From an uncultured Rikenellaceae bacterium (lineage in GTDB: Bacteria; Bacteroidota; Bacteroidia; Bacteroidales; VadinHA17): a stretch of 64,000 nucleotides of DNA. Made by a program: the position numbers and the translations under genes. Numbering within the stretch: position 1 is the first letter of the stretch; every line of letters begins with the position of its first letter. Shown in pieces: positions 1-8,583 of the stretch. Under the pieces are notes generated by a model. It searched no databases. It was not told the DNA's origin and saw only the letters and a program-made list of their open reading frames with translations. The stretch spans positions 7,837-71,836 of the forward strand of contig CAYQRF010000002.1 in assembly GCA_964419775.1 (NCBI GenBank), read 5' to 3'.

Positions 1-137
1 AAAAGAAGGTTTATGCGCTCCCGTGCGGTAAGCTTACCCTTGGAATGCTGCTTTTCCGCCTGTTTCGGACTGTACTGCTTTTTAAGGGCGTCCTGGCGTT
101 CTGTGAATGCCTTGTAGTTTTTACCTGACAGATCCAT
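1..137 (-). CDS. acyl-CoA carboxylase carboxyltransferase subunit (methylmalonyl-CoA decarboxylase alpha / propionyl-CoA carboxylase beta type), N-terminal fragment that runs off the window
   Basis: Hand translation of the minus strand from the ATG at 137 gives MDLSGKNYKAFTERQDALKKQYSPKQAEKQHSKGKLTARERINLL. KGKLTARERI is the conserved N-terminal motif of carboxyltransferase subunits. The ORF is absent from the track because it is truncated. Confidence 0.6.
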   Translation of the reverse strand, partial: MDLSGKNYKAFTERQDALKKQYSPKQAEKQHSKGKLTARERINLL

Positions 138-209
138 AAATTATATAATTTACATGACGCTGGCGGGAATTAACAGCCAGACCTTCTTTCCATGGCAATT
201 CTGAGGGCT

Positions 210-240
210 CAAAATTAGCCATAATCAGGTTATTTCCAAA
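210..240 (-). promoter_or_regulatory. Bacteroidota housekeeping-type promoter (TTTG N19 TAATTTTG) for the carboxyltransferase gene
   Basis: The plus strand reads CAAAATTA at 210-217 and CAAA at 237-240. On the minus strand this is TTTG, a 19-nt spacer, then TAATTTTG, about 70 nt upstream of the ATG at 137. Confidence 0.55.
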
Positions 241-334
241 TATTAATTTCGAACGATTAATTCGACGATCTGTTAAATAATTAACAAACAGCGAATTAAA
301 ATAAGATGTTTTTCGACTGCAACACTCTTGTCTC

Positions 335-1429
335 TCATGCCGAACGGGTTATTATTTCCTGCATTCTGCCATACTGTTCTTCCATACTTTCAACAAGACG
401 TATCTGAGCTCTTGTTCTCTGCAAATTATGGTGCTCATGATGTATCTTGTAGTAATTATCTCCATCGAGGTAATCGGTGAGGAACCTCACTGCCTGGACA
501 AACGTTATCAGTATGGGTGCAAAAGCAAGGTATTCCTTCTCCACCGTGTTCAGGGTAGCTCTTGTTTCAGAGAGATACCCTTCGGCGTAGGCTTTGAAAA
601 GGTTGATGTCCATCCTGATTTTTGACAGGTCTATTTCGTCTTCGGCAGCAACATTGGCAGCCGTTCTGATTGCATCCCCGAAGTCGTAATGAACATAGCC
701 CGGCATAACCGTGTCAAGGTCGATAAGACACAATGCCCTGTCATTCTTATCAAGAAGTATGTTATTGAATTTGGTGTCGTTGTGTGTTATCCGGAGCGGG
801 ATACTGCCCTCTCTTCCAAGCCTGCGGATGATTTTCATTTTCTCCGCTCTTTCCCTGACGAATTCAATCTCGCTTTTCAGGATTGCGGCCCTCTTTACCT
901 TATCCAGGGCAACGGCATTCTCAAACCATTCGAGGCGCTTCTCTGCATTGTGAAAATCGGGGATTGTTTCATGGAGAGGAGGTTCGGGCATATCGGCAAG
1001 CATGGCCTGAAACCGTCCCACGGCTCTTCCTCCTTCAAATGCCAGGGCAGGAGAGTCAACGATGTCATACGATCTGTGGTCTGTTATGTATATGAGTAGT
1101 CTCCAGTAGCTGCCCTCATCGTCGGTAATCCAGCTTTTACCATCCCTTGCGTGAATCATGTTAACACATTCCCGTTTCAGGTCGGCCCCCGGGATATTAA
1201 GAAGCTTGCTCCTGATGTGACTTGTAACCCTTTCGATATTTTCATGAAGTTCTGGTATTCTCCTGAAAATATTTGAATTGAGCCGCTGGAGAATGTAATC
1301 GTCCTTCTCCTTTTCCTTTGTGGTTACAAGGAAAGTATCATGAATATGACCGCTGCCGAAAGCTTCTGCCTTCTCAAATGAACCTTCGGCAAGAAAAGAG
1401 CCGAATAATCCACTAAGGTCAGGCTTCAT
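335..1429 (-). CDS. APH-fold phosphotransferase, NahK-like anomeric sugar (N-acetylhexosamine) 1-kinase family
   Basis: 364-aa ORF with GSGHIHDTF near the N-terminus, the catalytic loop ITHNDTKFNNILLD (HxDxxxxN) and the metal-binding IDLDTV. Its start overlaps the end of the upstream sugar transporter by 11 nt, which suggests an operon. Confidence 0.7.
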   Translation of the reverse strand: MKPDLSGLFGSFLAEGSFEKAEAFGSGHIHDTFLVTTKEKEKDDYILQRLNSNIFRRIPELHENIERVTSHIRSKLLNIPGADLKRECVNMIHARDGKSWITDDEGSYWRLLIYITDHRSYDIVDSPALAFEGGRAVGRFQAMLADMPEPPLHETIPDFHNAEKRLEWFENAVALDKVKRAAILKSEIEFVRERAEKMKIIRRLGREGSIPLRITHNDTKFNNILLDKNDRALCLIDLDTVMPGYVHYDFGDAIRTAANVAAEDEIDLSKIRMDINLFKAYAEGYLSETRATLNTVEKEYLAFAPILITFVQAVRFLTDYLDGDNYYKIHHEHHNLQRTRAQIRLVESMEEQYGRMQEIITRSA

Positions 1430-2771
1430 TTTTCAGACCTATTTTATAGCCTATGAATGCATAAAACATTATTACCAGGTAGCAGGGGATGCAAAGCCAG
1501 TATGCAGCCTGAGTGGATGACATGTCGGCAACTTTTCCGTAAACAAGCGGTATGATGGCTCCGCCGGCTATTGCCATGATAAGCATTGCAGAACCTGTTT
1601 TGGTGAATTTTCCAAGACTGTTCAGGGCAAGTGGCCACATTGCCGGCCACACAAGGGAATTGGCCAATCCCATCAGTGCGACGAACAATACGGTTACAGG
1701 CAGTACAAGTTCAAGGGGTTTTAAGGTAAGCAGGTCGATGAAAGGCATTGTAAATACCTTATCTGCAGGTGTTAGTAATGCTCCGAGGGAGAATATCACT
1801 CCGAGAATTGCACATATCTTTAATGCATTTCCCTGTTTCAGGTATTTGGGGATCAAGGCTATGCCAACGACATATCCGATTATCATGAATACCATTGTAA
1901 GGGAAGTGAAGTATTTGGCGGAATCCATTGAAATTCCAAGCGACTGACCGTACCTTATAATGGTATCGCCTGCAATTACCTCCACGCCGACATAAAAGAA
2001 GAGGGCGGTAACACCGAGAATTAGGTGAGGGAACTGCCATATGCTGGTTTTTTTCTCATTTGCCACGCCTACCGCTTCATCTTCTGCATCGGTGTCCACA
2101 TCGGGCAGATGAACAAATTTTATAAGAAGTCCGAGCAGGACAAGCACGACAGCCATTATTATATACGGTACAATTACACCTCTTGCCATTTCATCAAGCA
2201 AAAGAGCCCTTGAGCCTGCGTCGACTGCCTGGACAAGCTGCTCTTCAATAATATGCGAATCCTTCAGCAGTACACTGGCCAATATTATCGGTGCGATTAC
2301 TCCGGCAAACTTGTTGGCTATACCCATTATGCTTATTCGTTTTGCAGCGCTTTCACGGGGGCCGATGATTGTCACATATGGATTAACGGCAGTCTGAAGA
2401 AGTGCCAGCCCTGTTCCTTCAACAAACAGACCTGTGAGAAACAGCCAATAGGTTCTTGTGATCGCTGCCGGTATGAAAATAAGGGCACCCACAGCCATAA
2501 CCCAAAGCCCTACCGACATTCCCATTTTGAATCCGATCTTTTTAAGAATCAGGGATGATGGAAGCGCCATCACAAAATATGAAATATAAAAGGCAGCAGT
2601 TACGAAATATGCCTGAAAATCGTTCAGCTCACAGGCAGTTCTGAGGAAGGGGATCAGAACTCCGTTAAGCCAGGTGACAAAACCGAAAATGAAGAAGAAA
2701 AGACCGATGATTGTAATAGCGAATACATAGTCCTTCCTGCTGATGTCGCTTGAAGAGTTGCTTGTAGACAT
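1419..2771 (-). CDS. MFS sugar transporter, glucose/galactose (GluP) / FucP family
   Basis: 450-aa ORF with about 12 hydrophobic helices and a central hydrophilic loop (DVDTDAEDEAVGVANEKK). The N-terminal pattern is typical of the FucP/GluP family. Confidence 0.8.
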   Translation of the reverse strand: MSTSNSSSDISRKDYVFAITIIGLFFFIFGFVTWLNGVLIPFLRTACELNDFQAYFVTAAFYISYFVMALPSSLILKKIGFKMGMSVGLWVMAVGALIFIPAAITRTYWLFLTGLFVEGTGLALLQTAVNPYVTIIGPRESAAKRISIMGIANKFAGVIAPIILASVLLKDSHIIEEQLVQAVDAGSRALLLDEMARGVIVPYIIMAVVLVLLGLLIKFVHLPDVDTDAEDEAVGVANEKKTSIWQFPHLILGVTALFFYVGVEVIAGDTIIRYGQSLGISMDSAKYFTSLTMVFMIIGYVVGIALIPKYLKQGNALKICAILGVIFSLGALLTPADKVFTMPFIDLLTLKPLELVLPVTVLFVALMGLANSLVWPAMWPLALNSLGKFTKTGSAMLIMAIAGGAIIPLVYGKVADMSSTQAAYWLCIPCYLVIMFYAFIGYKIGLKNEA

Positions 2772-2844
2772 AATTATGAATTTAGGTTAGGTTTATCGGA
2801 ACAGTCAAAACTAATCTTTTTTTTAATTTCGTTGCAAAGCAAAA

Positions 2845-3465
2845 TTACTTTTCGATGGAATCGCGGCCTGATTTTTCCCTCGACCTGACACCAAGGTAAC
2901 CGCCATGATGCCGTTTTGAATAGTCCTGCGGGGTGAATCCTATCTTTTCCATCATAATCACCACCAGTGCATCGCCGATTGCCGTAAATACGGTTGTCGA
3001 AGTTGTGGGAGTGAGGCCCAGCGGACATACCTCTGACGGAGATCCTGTTGAAATGAAGTAATCGGCTTTGGCAGCAAGAGGACTTTGTTCATTTCCCGTT
3101 ATCACAATAACGGGCAGACCGGGGAACAGATTTTCCTTAAGGTCGATCAGTTCCACTATCTCTCGGGTCTTGCCCGAATTTGAAATTACAAGTATTACAT
3201 CGTTTTCCTGTAAGATTCCAAGGTCGCCGTGCTGAGCTTCGCTGGGATGAAGGAAAACTGCCGGAGTTCCCGTCGAACTGTATGTCGTGGCTATATTGTT
3301 GGCTATCTGTCCTGCCTTGCCCATGCCGCTCGTTATCAGTTTGCCCCTAAGCTCATGAACATGCCTGAAAATGATTTCGGTAACCGCTTCGTATGCATCG
3401 TTTACCGGAATATTTCTGATTGCAGATGCTTCCCTCTCAAATATTGCAGCTATTTTATCCTTCAT
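2845..3465 (-). CDS. SIS-domain sugar-phosphate isomerase/binding protein (KpsF/GutQ-like SIS domain only)
   Basis: Carries SGMGKAGQIANNIATTYSSTGTPAVFLHPSEAQHGDLG and VISNSGKTREI. The track start at 3486 is a TTG that lies inside a TACTTTTG -7-like motif, so the ATG at 3465 (MKDKIAAIF) is preferred. Confidence 0.7.
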   Translation of the reverse strand: MKDKIAAIFEREASAIRNIPVNDAYEAVTEIIFRHVHELRGKLITSGMGKAGQIANNIATTYSSTGTPAVFLHPSEAQHGDLGILQENDVILVISNSGKTREIVELIDLKENLFPGLPVIVITGNEQSPLAAKADYFISTGSPSEVCPLGLTPTTSTTVFTAIGDALVVIMMEKIGFTPQDYSKRHHGGYLGVRSREKSGRDSIEK

Positions 3466-3607
3466 ATCCGTCAGAATTACGCCCAAAAGTACAAAAAAAA
3501 CACCATGGTAAATTTCCTGTGGGGTTTGTTAGATTATCCGGAATTTTAAGAAAAGAAATTCTATTTTTGTATACAAGCTCTAATTTTAACCTGATCTCCC
3601 GAAAAGA

Positions 3608-4843
3608 ATGACCAGTTCTGACGCTTCACCGGAAAGCTCCGGTATTCGCGGATCAAAGCCCTACGTTGTAGCGACAGCATTTTTTGCATTACTGGCAATT
3701 GTAGGTTTTGCTCTTTACGGTCTTCCCTTTTTCTACGATTTTTTCGTGAAGGAGTTCGGATGGTCACGAACCGTTGTTACATCAGGAAACGCTCTTGGAA
3801 AACTGATCATCGCACCGCTTTTCGGATTCCTTGCCGGCTGGCTTATCGACCGGTACGGACCAAGGAAACTTATGCTTGCCGGATCGCTTCTTGCCGGATC
3901 GGCCCTTATCGGATTGAGCATGATGAACAACCTTGGGATGTTCTATTTTTTCTATATCCTGAACGCACTGGGATATGTAAGCGGTGGTCCGCTTCCCTGT
4001 CAGGTTCTGATATCCAGGTGGTTTGAGAAGAACAGGGGTAAGGCCATGGGAATTGCCTATCTTGGAATAGGAACAGGCGGGGCTATTGTTCCCCTGATCT
4101 CAACCACGCTTGAGAGGAACCTCGGCTGGCATCTGGCCCTTACCATGATAGGAGTATTGGTCATACTGTTCTCATTTCCCCTGGCATTTTTCTTAAAGGA
4201 GTCTCCCCGTAAGGTTGTAGCCGAAACCAAAAAGGAACCTGAAATTCCTCTATCCAAAATACTGAAAAACCGGAATTTTTATCTTCTTGCCGTAGGAAGC
4301 ATGTGTTCTATCGGGGCTGTTGGCGGTGTCAACCAGCATCTTAAGCTCTATCTCAGGGATCAGGATTTCTCACAGTCAGATTCAGCAACCATTATGTCGC
4401 TCGTGCTGCTTTCAAGTCTGGCAGGCAGGGTGTTGATGGGGATGCTTGCCGACCTTTTTCCGAGGAAATACATCATGATACTGATCTATTTAGTGGTAGG
4501 AGCATCTATTCCCTTGCTCCTGATGGCTGATTTTCCGGGAAGGCTGTACATTTTTGCAGTCATTTTCGGGATAGGTCTTGGTGGTGATTATATGATAATT
4601 CCACTGATGGCAGGTGACCTGTTCGGTGTGAAAATGCTGGGAAGGGTAATGGGCATTATCCTTGTGGCAGACGGAATTGCTGAATCGGTCTCACCTATGA
4701 TGGTGGGCGCCATGTACAATGAGGCTCTTAAGAGCTATACCCTCGGTTTTACAGTGCTTATCGTCATTGCTCTTACCGGGGCGCTGATAGTTTCATTTCT
4801 TCCAGGGCAGGGCATATTAGCAGAAAATAAACCTAAACAATAA
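3608..4843 (+). CDS. MFS transporter (OFA/MFS_1-like)
   Basis: 411-aa ORF with 12 predicted helices. It is divergent from the kinase/transporter/SIS operon. Substrate unknown. Confidence 0.75.
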   Translation: MTSSDASPESSGIRGSKPYVVATAFFALLAIVGFALYGLPFFYDFFVKEFGWSRTVVTSGNALGKLIIAPLFGFLAGWLIDRYGPRKLMLAGSLLAGSALIGLSMMNNLGMFYFFYILNALGYVSGGPLPCQVLISRWFEKNRGKAMGIAYLGIGTGGAIVPLISTTLERNLGWHLALTMIGVLVILFSFPLAFFLKESPRKVVAETKKEPEIPLSKILKNRNFYLLAVGSMCSIGAVGGVNQHLKLYLRDQDFSQSDSATIMSLVLLSSLAGRVLMGMLADLFPRKYIMILIYLVVGASIPLLLMADFPGRLYIFAVIFGIGLGGDYMIIPLMAGDLFGVKMLGRVMGIILVADGIAESVSPMMVGAMYNEALKSYTLGFTVLIVIALTGALIVSFLPGQGILAENKPKQ

Positions 4844-4856
4844 AACCATAACAATT

Positions 4857-6152
4857 ATGAAGAAGCTTATTTCAGGACTGTTCATTACGGCATGTTTACT
4901 CGTGTGCGGGACATTATATGCCCAGATGCCCGAGCAGATGGTTAAAATAATTGTATCGCCCGACCATGAAGACTGGCAATACAGGACAGGAGAAAAGGCC
5001 ACATTTACAATCCAGGTCTTCTATCATCAGAATCCCATGAAGGGAGTAATAGCGTATTATGAGGTAGGATCGGAAAAGATGGAGCCGGCGAAAAGAGATT
5101 CGGTTATGTTGAACGGCAAACCGTTTGAAGTGAATGGCGGTACAATGTCATCGCCGGGTTTTCTCCGTTGCATCGTGACTATTGATTTTGAGGGACGGAG
5201 ATACAGGGGTCTTGCCACAGCGGGTTTCAGTCCCCTGGCGATTCAGCCAACGGTGAAATACCCCGGCGACTTCAGGGCTTTCTGGGATGCGGCCAAAGCT
5301 GAGCTTGAAAAAGTCCCCCTGAATCCAAGGATGACGCTTATGCCTGAGCGATGCACAGAAAACACCAATGTGTATCATGTAAGTATTCAGAACATTGGCA
5401 ACTCGAGGATTTACGGGATTGTTTCAATACCGAGAAAGGAAGGAAAATATCCGGCAATACTGGAAGTTCCCGGGGCAGGGGTGAGGGGTTATTCGCCCGA
5501 TCTTAACCTTGCGGAGCGCGGTGTCATCACTTTCGTGATTGGAATTCACGGAGTTCCTGTGAATCTTGATCCTGGTGTATATCTTGACCTTGGAAGCGGA
5601 GGACTGAGGGAGTACTGGACCAACAATATGGACAACCGCGACAGGTATTATTATAAAAGGGTATATCTGGGTTGCGTGAGGGCAAATGACTTCATTGCCT
5701 CACTTCCCCAGTACGACGGATCGAGCCTGGCAGTAACAGGTGGAAGTCAGGGCGGCGCACTTTCTATAATAACAGCCTCACTCGACCCCAGGGTAAAATA
5801 CCTTGCTTCCCTGTATCCTGCACTTTCCGACGTGACGGGCTATTTGTCGGGAAGGGCAGGAGGATGGCCTCATTTCTTCGACAGGAATAATGTGAAGTAT
5901 CATAATCTCAAGGAAAAGCTTGAAACAATTCCATATTATGATGTGGTGAATTTTGCAAGGGAATTAAAGGCAACGGGTAATTATACCTGGGGGTTCAACG
6001 ACGAGACCTGCCCGCCGACATCAATGTATGCAGCCTACAATGTAATAAATGCCCCCAAGGAACTTCATCTGGCACTTGAAACAGGGCATTGGACATTCCA
6101 GGAGCAGAACATCCGTCTTCAAAACTGGCTGATTGAAGTGCTTAAGAAATAA
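4857..6152 (+). CDS. secreted acetyl esterase, CE7 (acetyl xylan esterase / cephalosporin-C deacetylase) family
   Basis: 431-aa ORF with an N-terminal signal peptide and the nucleophile elbow GGSQGGALS. It has a C-terminal alpha/beta-hydrolase region with a conserved His (ETGHW). Confidence 0.7.
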   Translation: MKKLISGLFITACLLVCGTLYAQMPEQMVKIIVSPDHEDWQYRTGEKATFTIQVFYHQNPMKGVIAYYEVGSEKMEPAKRDSVMLNGKPFEVNGGTMSSPGFLRCIVTIDFEGRRYRGLATAGFSPLAIQPTVKYPGDFRAFWDAAKAELEKVPLNPRMTLMPERCTENTNVYHVSIQNIGNSRIYGIVSIPRKEGKYPAILEVPGAGVRGYSPDLNLAERGVITFVIGIHGVPVNLDPGVYLDLGSGGLREYWTNNMDNRDRYYYKRVYLGCVRANDFIASLPQYDGSSLAVTGGSQGGALSIITASLDPRVKYLASLYPALSDVTGYLSGRAGGWPHFFDRNNVKYHNLKEKLETIPYYDVVNFARELKATGNYTWGFNDETCPPTSMYAAYNVINAPKELHLALETGHWTFQEQNIRLQNWLIEVLKK

Positions 6153-6317
6153 CAAGACCTGTTTTATAAGTTCAGTCGGGCTAAACAAAAAAGCATTTTT
6201 TGATCAATGGTTGCTAATCAGGCATCAAAAGGTTTTTTTCTTTTGACAGACGGCTTGTTTTAATGGTTTAATGATATAAAAATATCTCATTTTGAGACAC
6301 TTTGGAGTCATGTATGT

Positions 6318-6348
6318 TTTGTTGTCTAAGCTTTATTTGTTAAATTTG
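6318..6348 (+). promoter_or_regulatory. Bacteroidota promoter TTTG N19 TAAATTTG upstream of capD-like gene
   Basis: TTTG at 6318-6321, a 19-nt spacer, then TAAATTTG at 6341-6348, 54 nt before the ATG at 6402. Confidence 0.55.
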
Positions 6349-6401
6349 AAAGACAGATTGCTCAAGGGTTTGGTAGTGCAGTTTGAAAACTGAATTCTGA
6401 A

Positions 6402-8345
6402 ATGCGTATAATAAACACGGGGATAAAGGAAAAAATCAGGGGACTTGCATCCGGATTCTTCCATAAATATTCCGTACCCAGATGGACCCTTTTCATGCAT
6501 GACATGATTTCGGTCTTTCTTAGCTTCCTTCTTTCATATCTGCTGAGGTACAATTTTGTCCCGGGCGATTTTCCCATGGAATGGGCTGTTCTGCACGGTC
6601 TGATAACCTTGTTTGTTTATACTGTCTTTATTCTGTTGTTTCGCTCCTACGCGGGTCTTATTCGCCACACCACACTGACCGATATCACGATGGTTTTTCT
6701 GACTACATCGGTCTCGGCGATCGTAATGGTGATTTTCTCCGTTGTGAGTGAGAAGTTCCATTTTGGTCAGTACTTTAATATACCCATATCGGTTCTGCTT
6801 ATTCATTACGTACTGATAACCGTTTATCTCTTTTATATGAGGATTGCGGTAAAGGTGCTGTTCAGGTTTGCGCATCATTCCTACAAGGGACTAAATAAAA
6901 GGGTTCTTATATACGGGGCAGGAGAAATGGGATTTGTTGTGAAGCGTGTTCTTGTAAGCGACCCCAGGGGAGGCTTCAGTGTCAGCGGATTTATTGATGA
7001 TAACAGGCAGCTTCAGGGAAAGAAGATCAATGATATTACCGTATACAATTCAGATATCCTGAATCCGGGTTTTATTAATAAACACAGGATACAAACACTG
7101 GTTCTGGCTATTGCCAACCTTAACCCGGCGAAGAAAAGCGAGATAATAAAAAGGGCCATAACACTTAACATAGAGGTACTCGAAACACCTGCACTGGACA
7201 AATGGCTGAACGGACAACTGGAGGTCCGGCAGCTTCAGAAGGTAAAGCTTGAAGATCTTCTTGGAAGGGAACCCATAAAGCTCAATCTTGATGCCATCAG
7301 GAAGGGATTGTCCAAAAAAACCATACTTGTAACCGGAGCTGCCGGATCGATAGGTTCGGAGATCGTCCGCCAGCTTTCACGATTCGGGACTCAGAATGTA
7401 ATTCTTGTTGATCAGGCGGAGACACCAGTGTTTCACCTTGAAAATGAACTCAAAAAGAACTACGGGCACATGAAGTTCATAACAAGGCTGGCCGATGTCA
7501 CCAATATGGAAAAGATGGAGCAGATCTTCGCGACTTATCGTCCGGAGGTTGTTTTTCATGCGGCAGCCTACAAGCATGTTCCTCTTATGGAGGCAAATCC
7601 TCATGAGGCTTTGCGCGTAAATGTAGGAGGGACAAGAAATACGGTGGAACTCTCGGTTAAGTACGGAGTTAAGAAGTTTGTAATGATCTCCACCGATAAA
7701 TCGGTCAATCCAACCAACATAATGGGGGCATCGAAGAGGGTTTGTGAAATGCTGGTTCAGACAAAATCTATGAAGGAAGGAGTAAAGACCCAGTTTGTAA
7801 TTACAAGGTTCGGGAATGTGCTTGGATCAAACGGATCGGTAATACCCCTGTTTAAAAAGCAGATTGAAGAAGGCGGACCTGTAACTGTCACTCATCCCGA
7901 TATTACGCGCTATTTCATGACCATTCCTGAAGCATGTCAGCTTGTTCTGGAGGCTGGTTTCATGGGAAACGGGGGCGAGATTTTCGTGTTCGACATGGGC
8001 AAACCGGTCAGGATTGCAGATCTGGCAGTAAACATGATCAAACTTACCGGCCTTGAACCAGGCAAGGATATAAAAATAGAATACACAGGACTCAGACCGG
8101 GAGAAAAGCTTTATGAGGAACTTCTTTCTTCCGAAGAGGAAATACAGTCAACCCACCACGAAAAGATCAAGATTGCCAAAGTCGACAGGAAAGATTACAA
8201 GACTGAAGTCCTGCATGTTATTGCATCACTTAGGAATGTTTACGGACTCAGCGACATTGAGATAGTTGATTTCTTTGAGCTCCTTGTTCCCGAATACAAG
8301 TCCGCCAAGCAGGCTTTGAACGGCAGCCTTGAGAAGAAAAACTAA
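6402..8345 (+). CDS. membrane-anchored polysaccharide biosynthesis protein CapD/WbpM/PglF type (UDP-sugar 4,6-dehydratase)
   Basis: 647-aa ORF with four N-terminal TM helices, two Rossmann motifs (GAGEMG and VTGAAGSIGSE) and a YKHVPLME catalytic region. Confidence 0.85.
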   Translation: MRIINTGIKEKIRGLASGFFHKYSVPRWTLFMHDMISVFLSFLLSYLLRYNFVPGDFPMEWAVLHGLITLFVYTVFILLFRSYAGLIRHTTLTDITMVFLTTSVSAIVMVIFSVVSEKFHFGQYFNIPISVLLIHYVLITVYLFYMRIAVKVLFRFAHHSYKGLNKRVLIYGAGEMGFVVKRVLVSDPRGGFSVSGFIDDNRQLQGKKINDITVYNSDILNPGFINKHRIQTLVLAIANLNPAKKSEIIKRAITLNIEVLETPALDKWLNGQLEVRQLQKVKLEDLLGREPIKLNLDAIRKGLSKKTILVTGAAGSIGSEIVRQLSRFGTQNVILVDQAETPVFHLENELKKNYGHMKFITRLADVTNMEKMEQIFATYRPEVVFHAAAYKHVPLMEANPHEALRVNVGGTRNTVELSVKYGVKKFVMISTDKSVNPTNIMGASKRVCEMLVQTKSMKEGVKTQFVITRFGNVLGSNGSVIPLFKKQIEEGGPVTVTHPDITRYFMTIPEACQLVLEAGFMGNGGEIFVFDMGKPVRIADLAVNMIKLTGLEPGKDIKIEYTGLRPGEKLYEELLSSEEEIQSTHHEKIKIAKVDRKDYKTEVLHVIASLRNVYGLSDIEIVDFFELLVPEYKSAKQALNGSLEKKN

Positions 8346-8349
8346 TCCA

Positions 8350-8375
8350 TAAAAAAAAGCGCCGTTTAAGGCGCT
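8350..8375 (-). terminator. intrinsic terminator downstream of tRNA-Arg, also placed just after the capD stop
   Basis: Hairpin AGCGCC-GTTTAA-GGCGCT at 8358-8375. On the minus strand it is followed by a run of 8 T, the complement of A8 at 8351-8358. Confidence 0.6.
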
Positions 8376-8380
8376 TCTTG

Positions 8381-8454
8381 TGATCCCGACAGGATTCAAA
8401 CCTGTAACCTTCTGATCCGTAGTCAGATGCTCTATTCAGTTAAGCTACGGGACC
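8381..8454 (-). tRNA. tRNA-Arg (anticodon ACG)
   Basis: The reverse complement folds by hand as a 74-nt cloverleaf. Acceptor GGTCCCG/CGGGATC, D-arm GCTT..GAGC, anticodon stem TCTGA/TCAGA with loop CTACGGA, T-arm ACAGG-TTTGAAT-CCTGT, discriminator A. No CCA is encoded. Confidence 0.9.
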
Positions 8455-8583
8455 TCATTGTCAATTTCAGGTTGCAAATATAATAATTTTTTCTGCCTCT
8501 GTTAATGCTTATCTTTATTTGTCGAAAAACGTAAAATATTTCATATTTTATATCGTTGAAAATCATTAGACAAATTACTTAAA

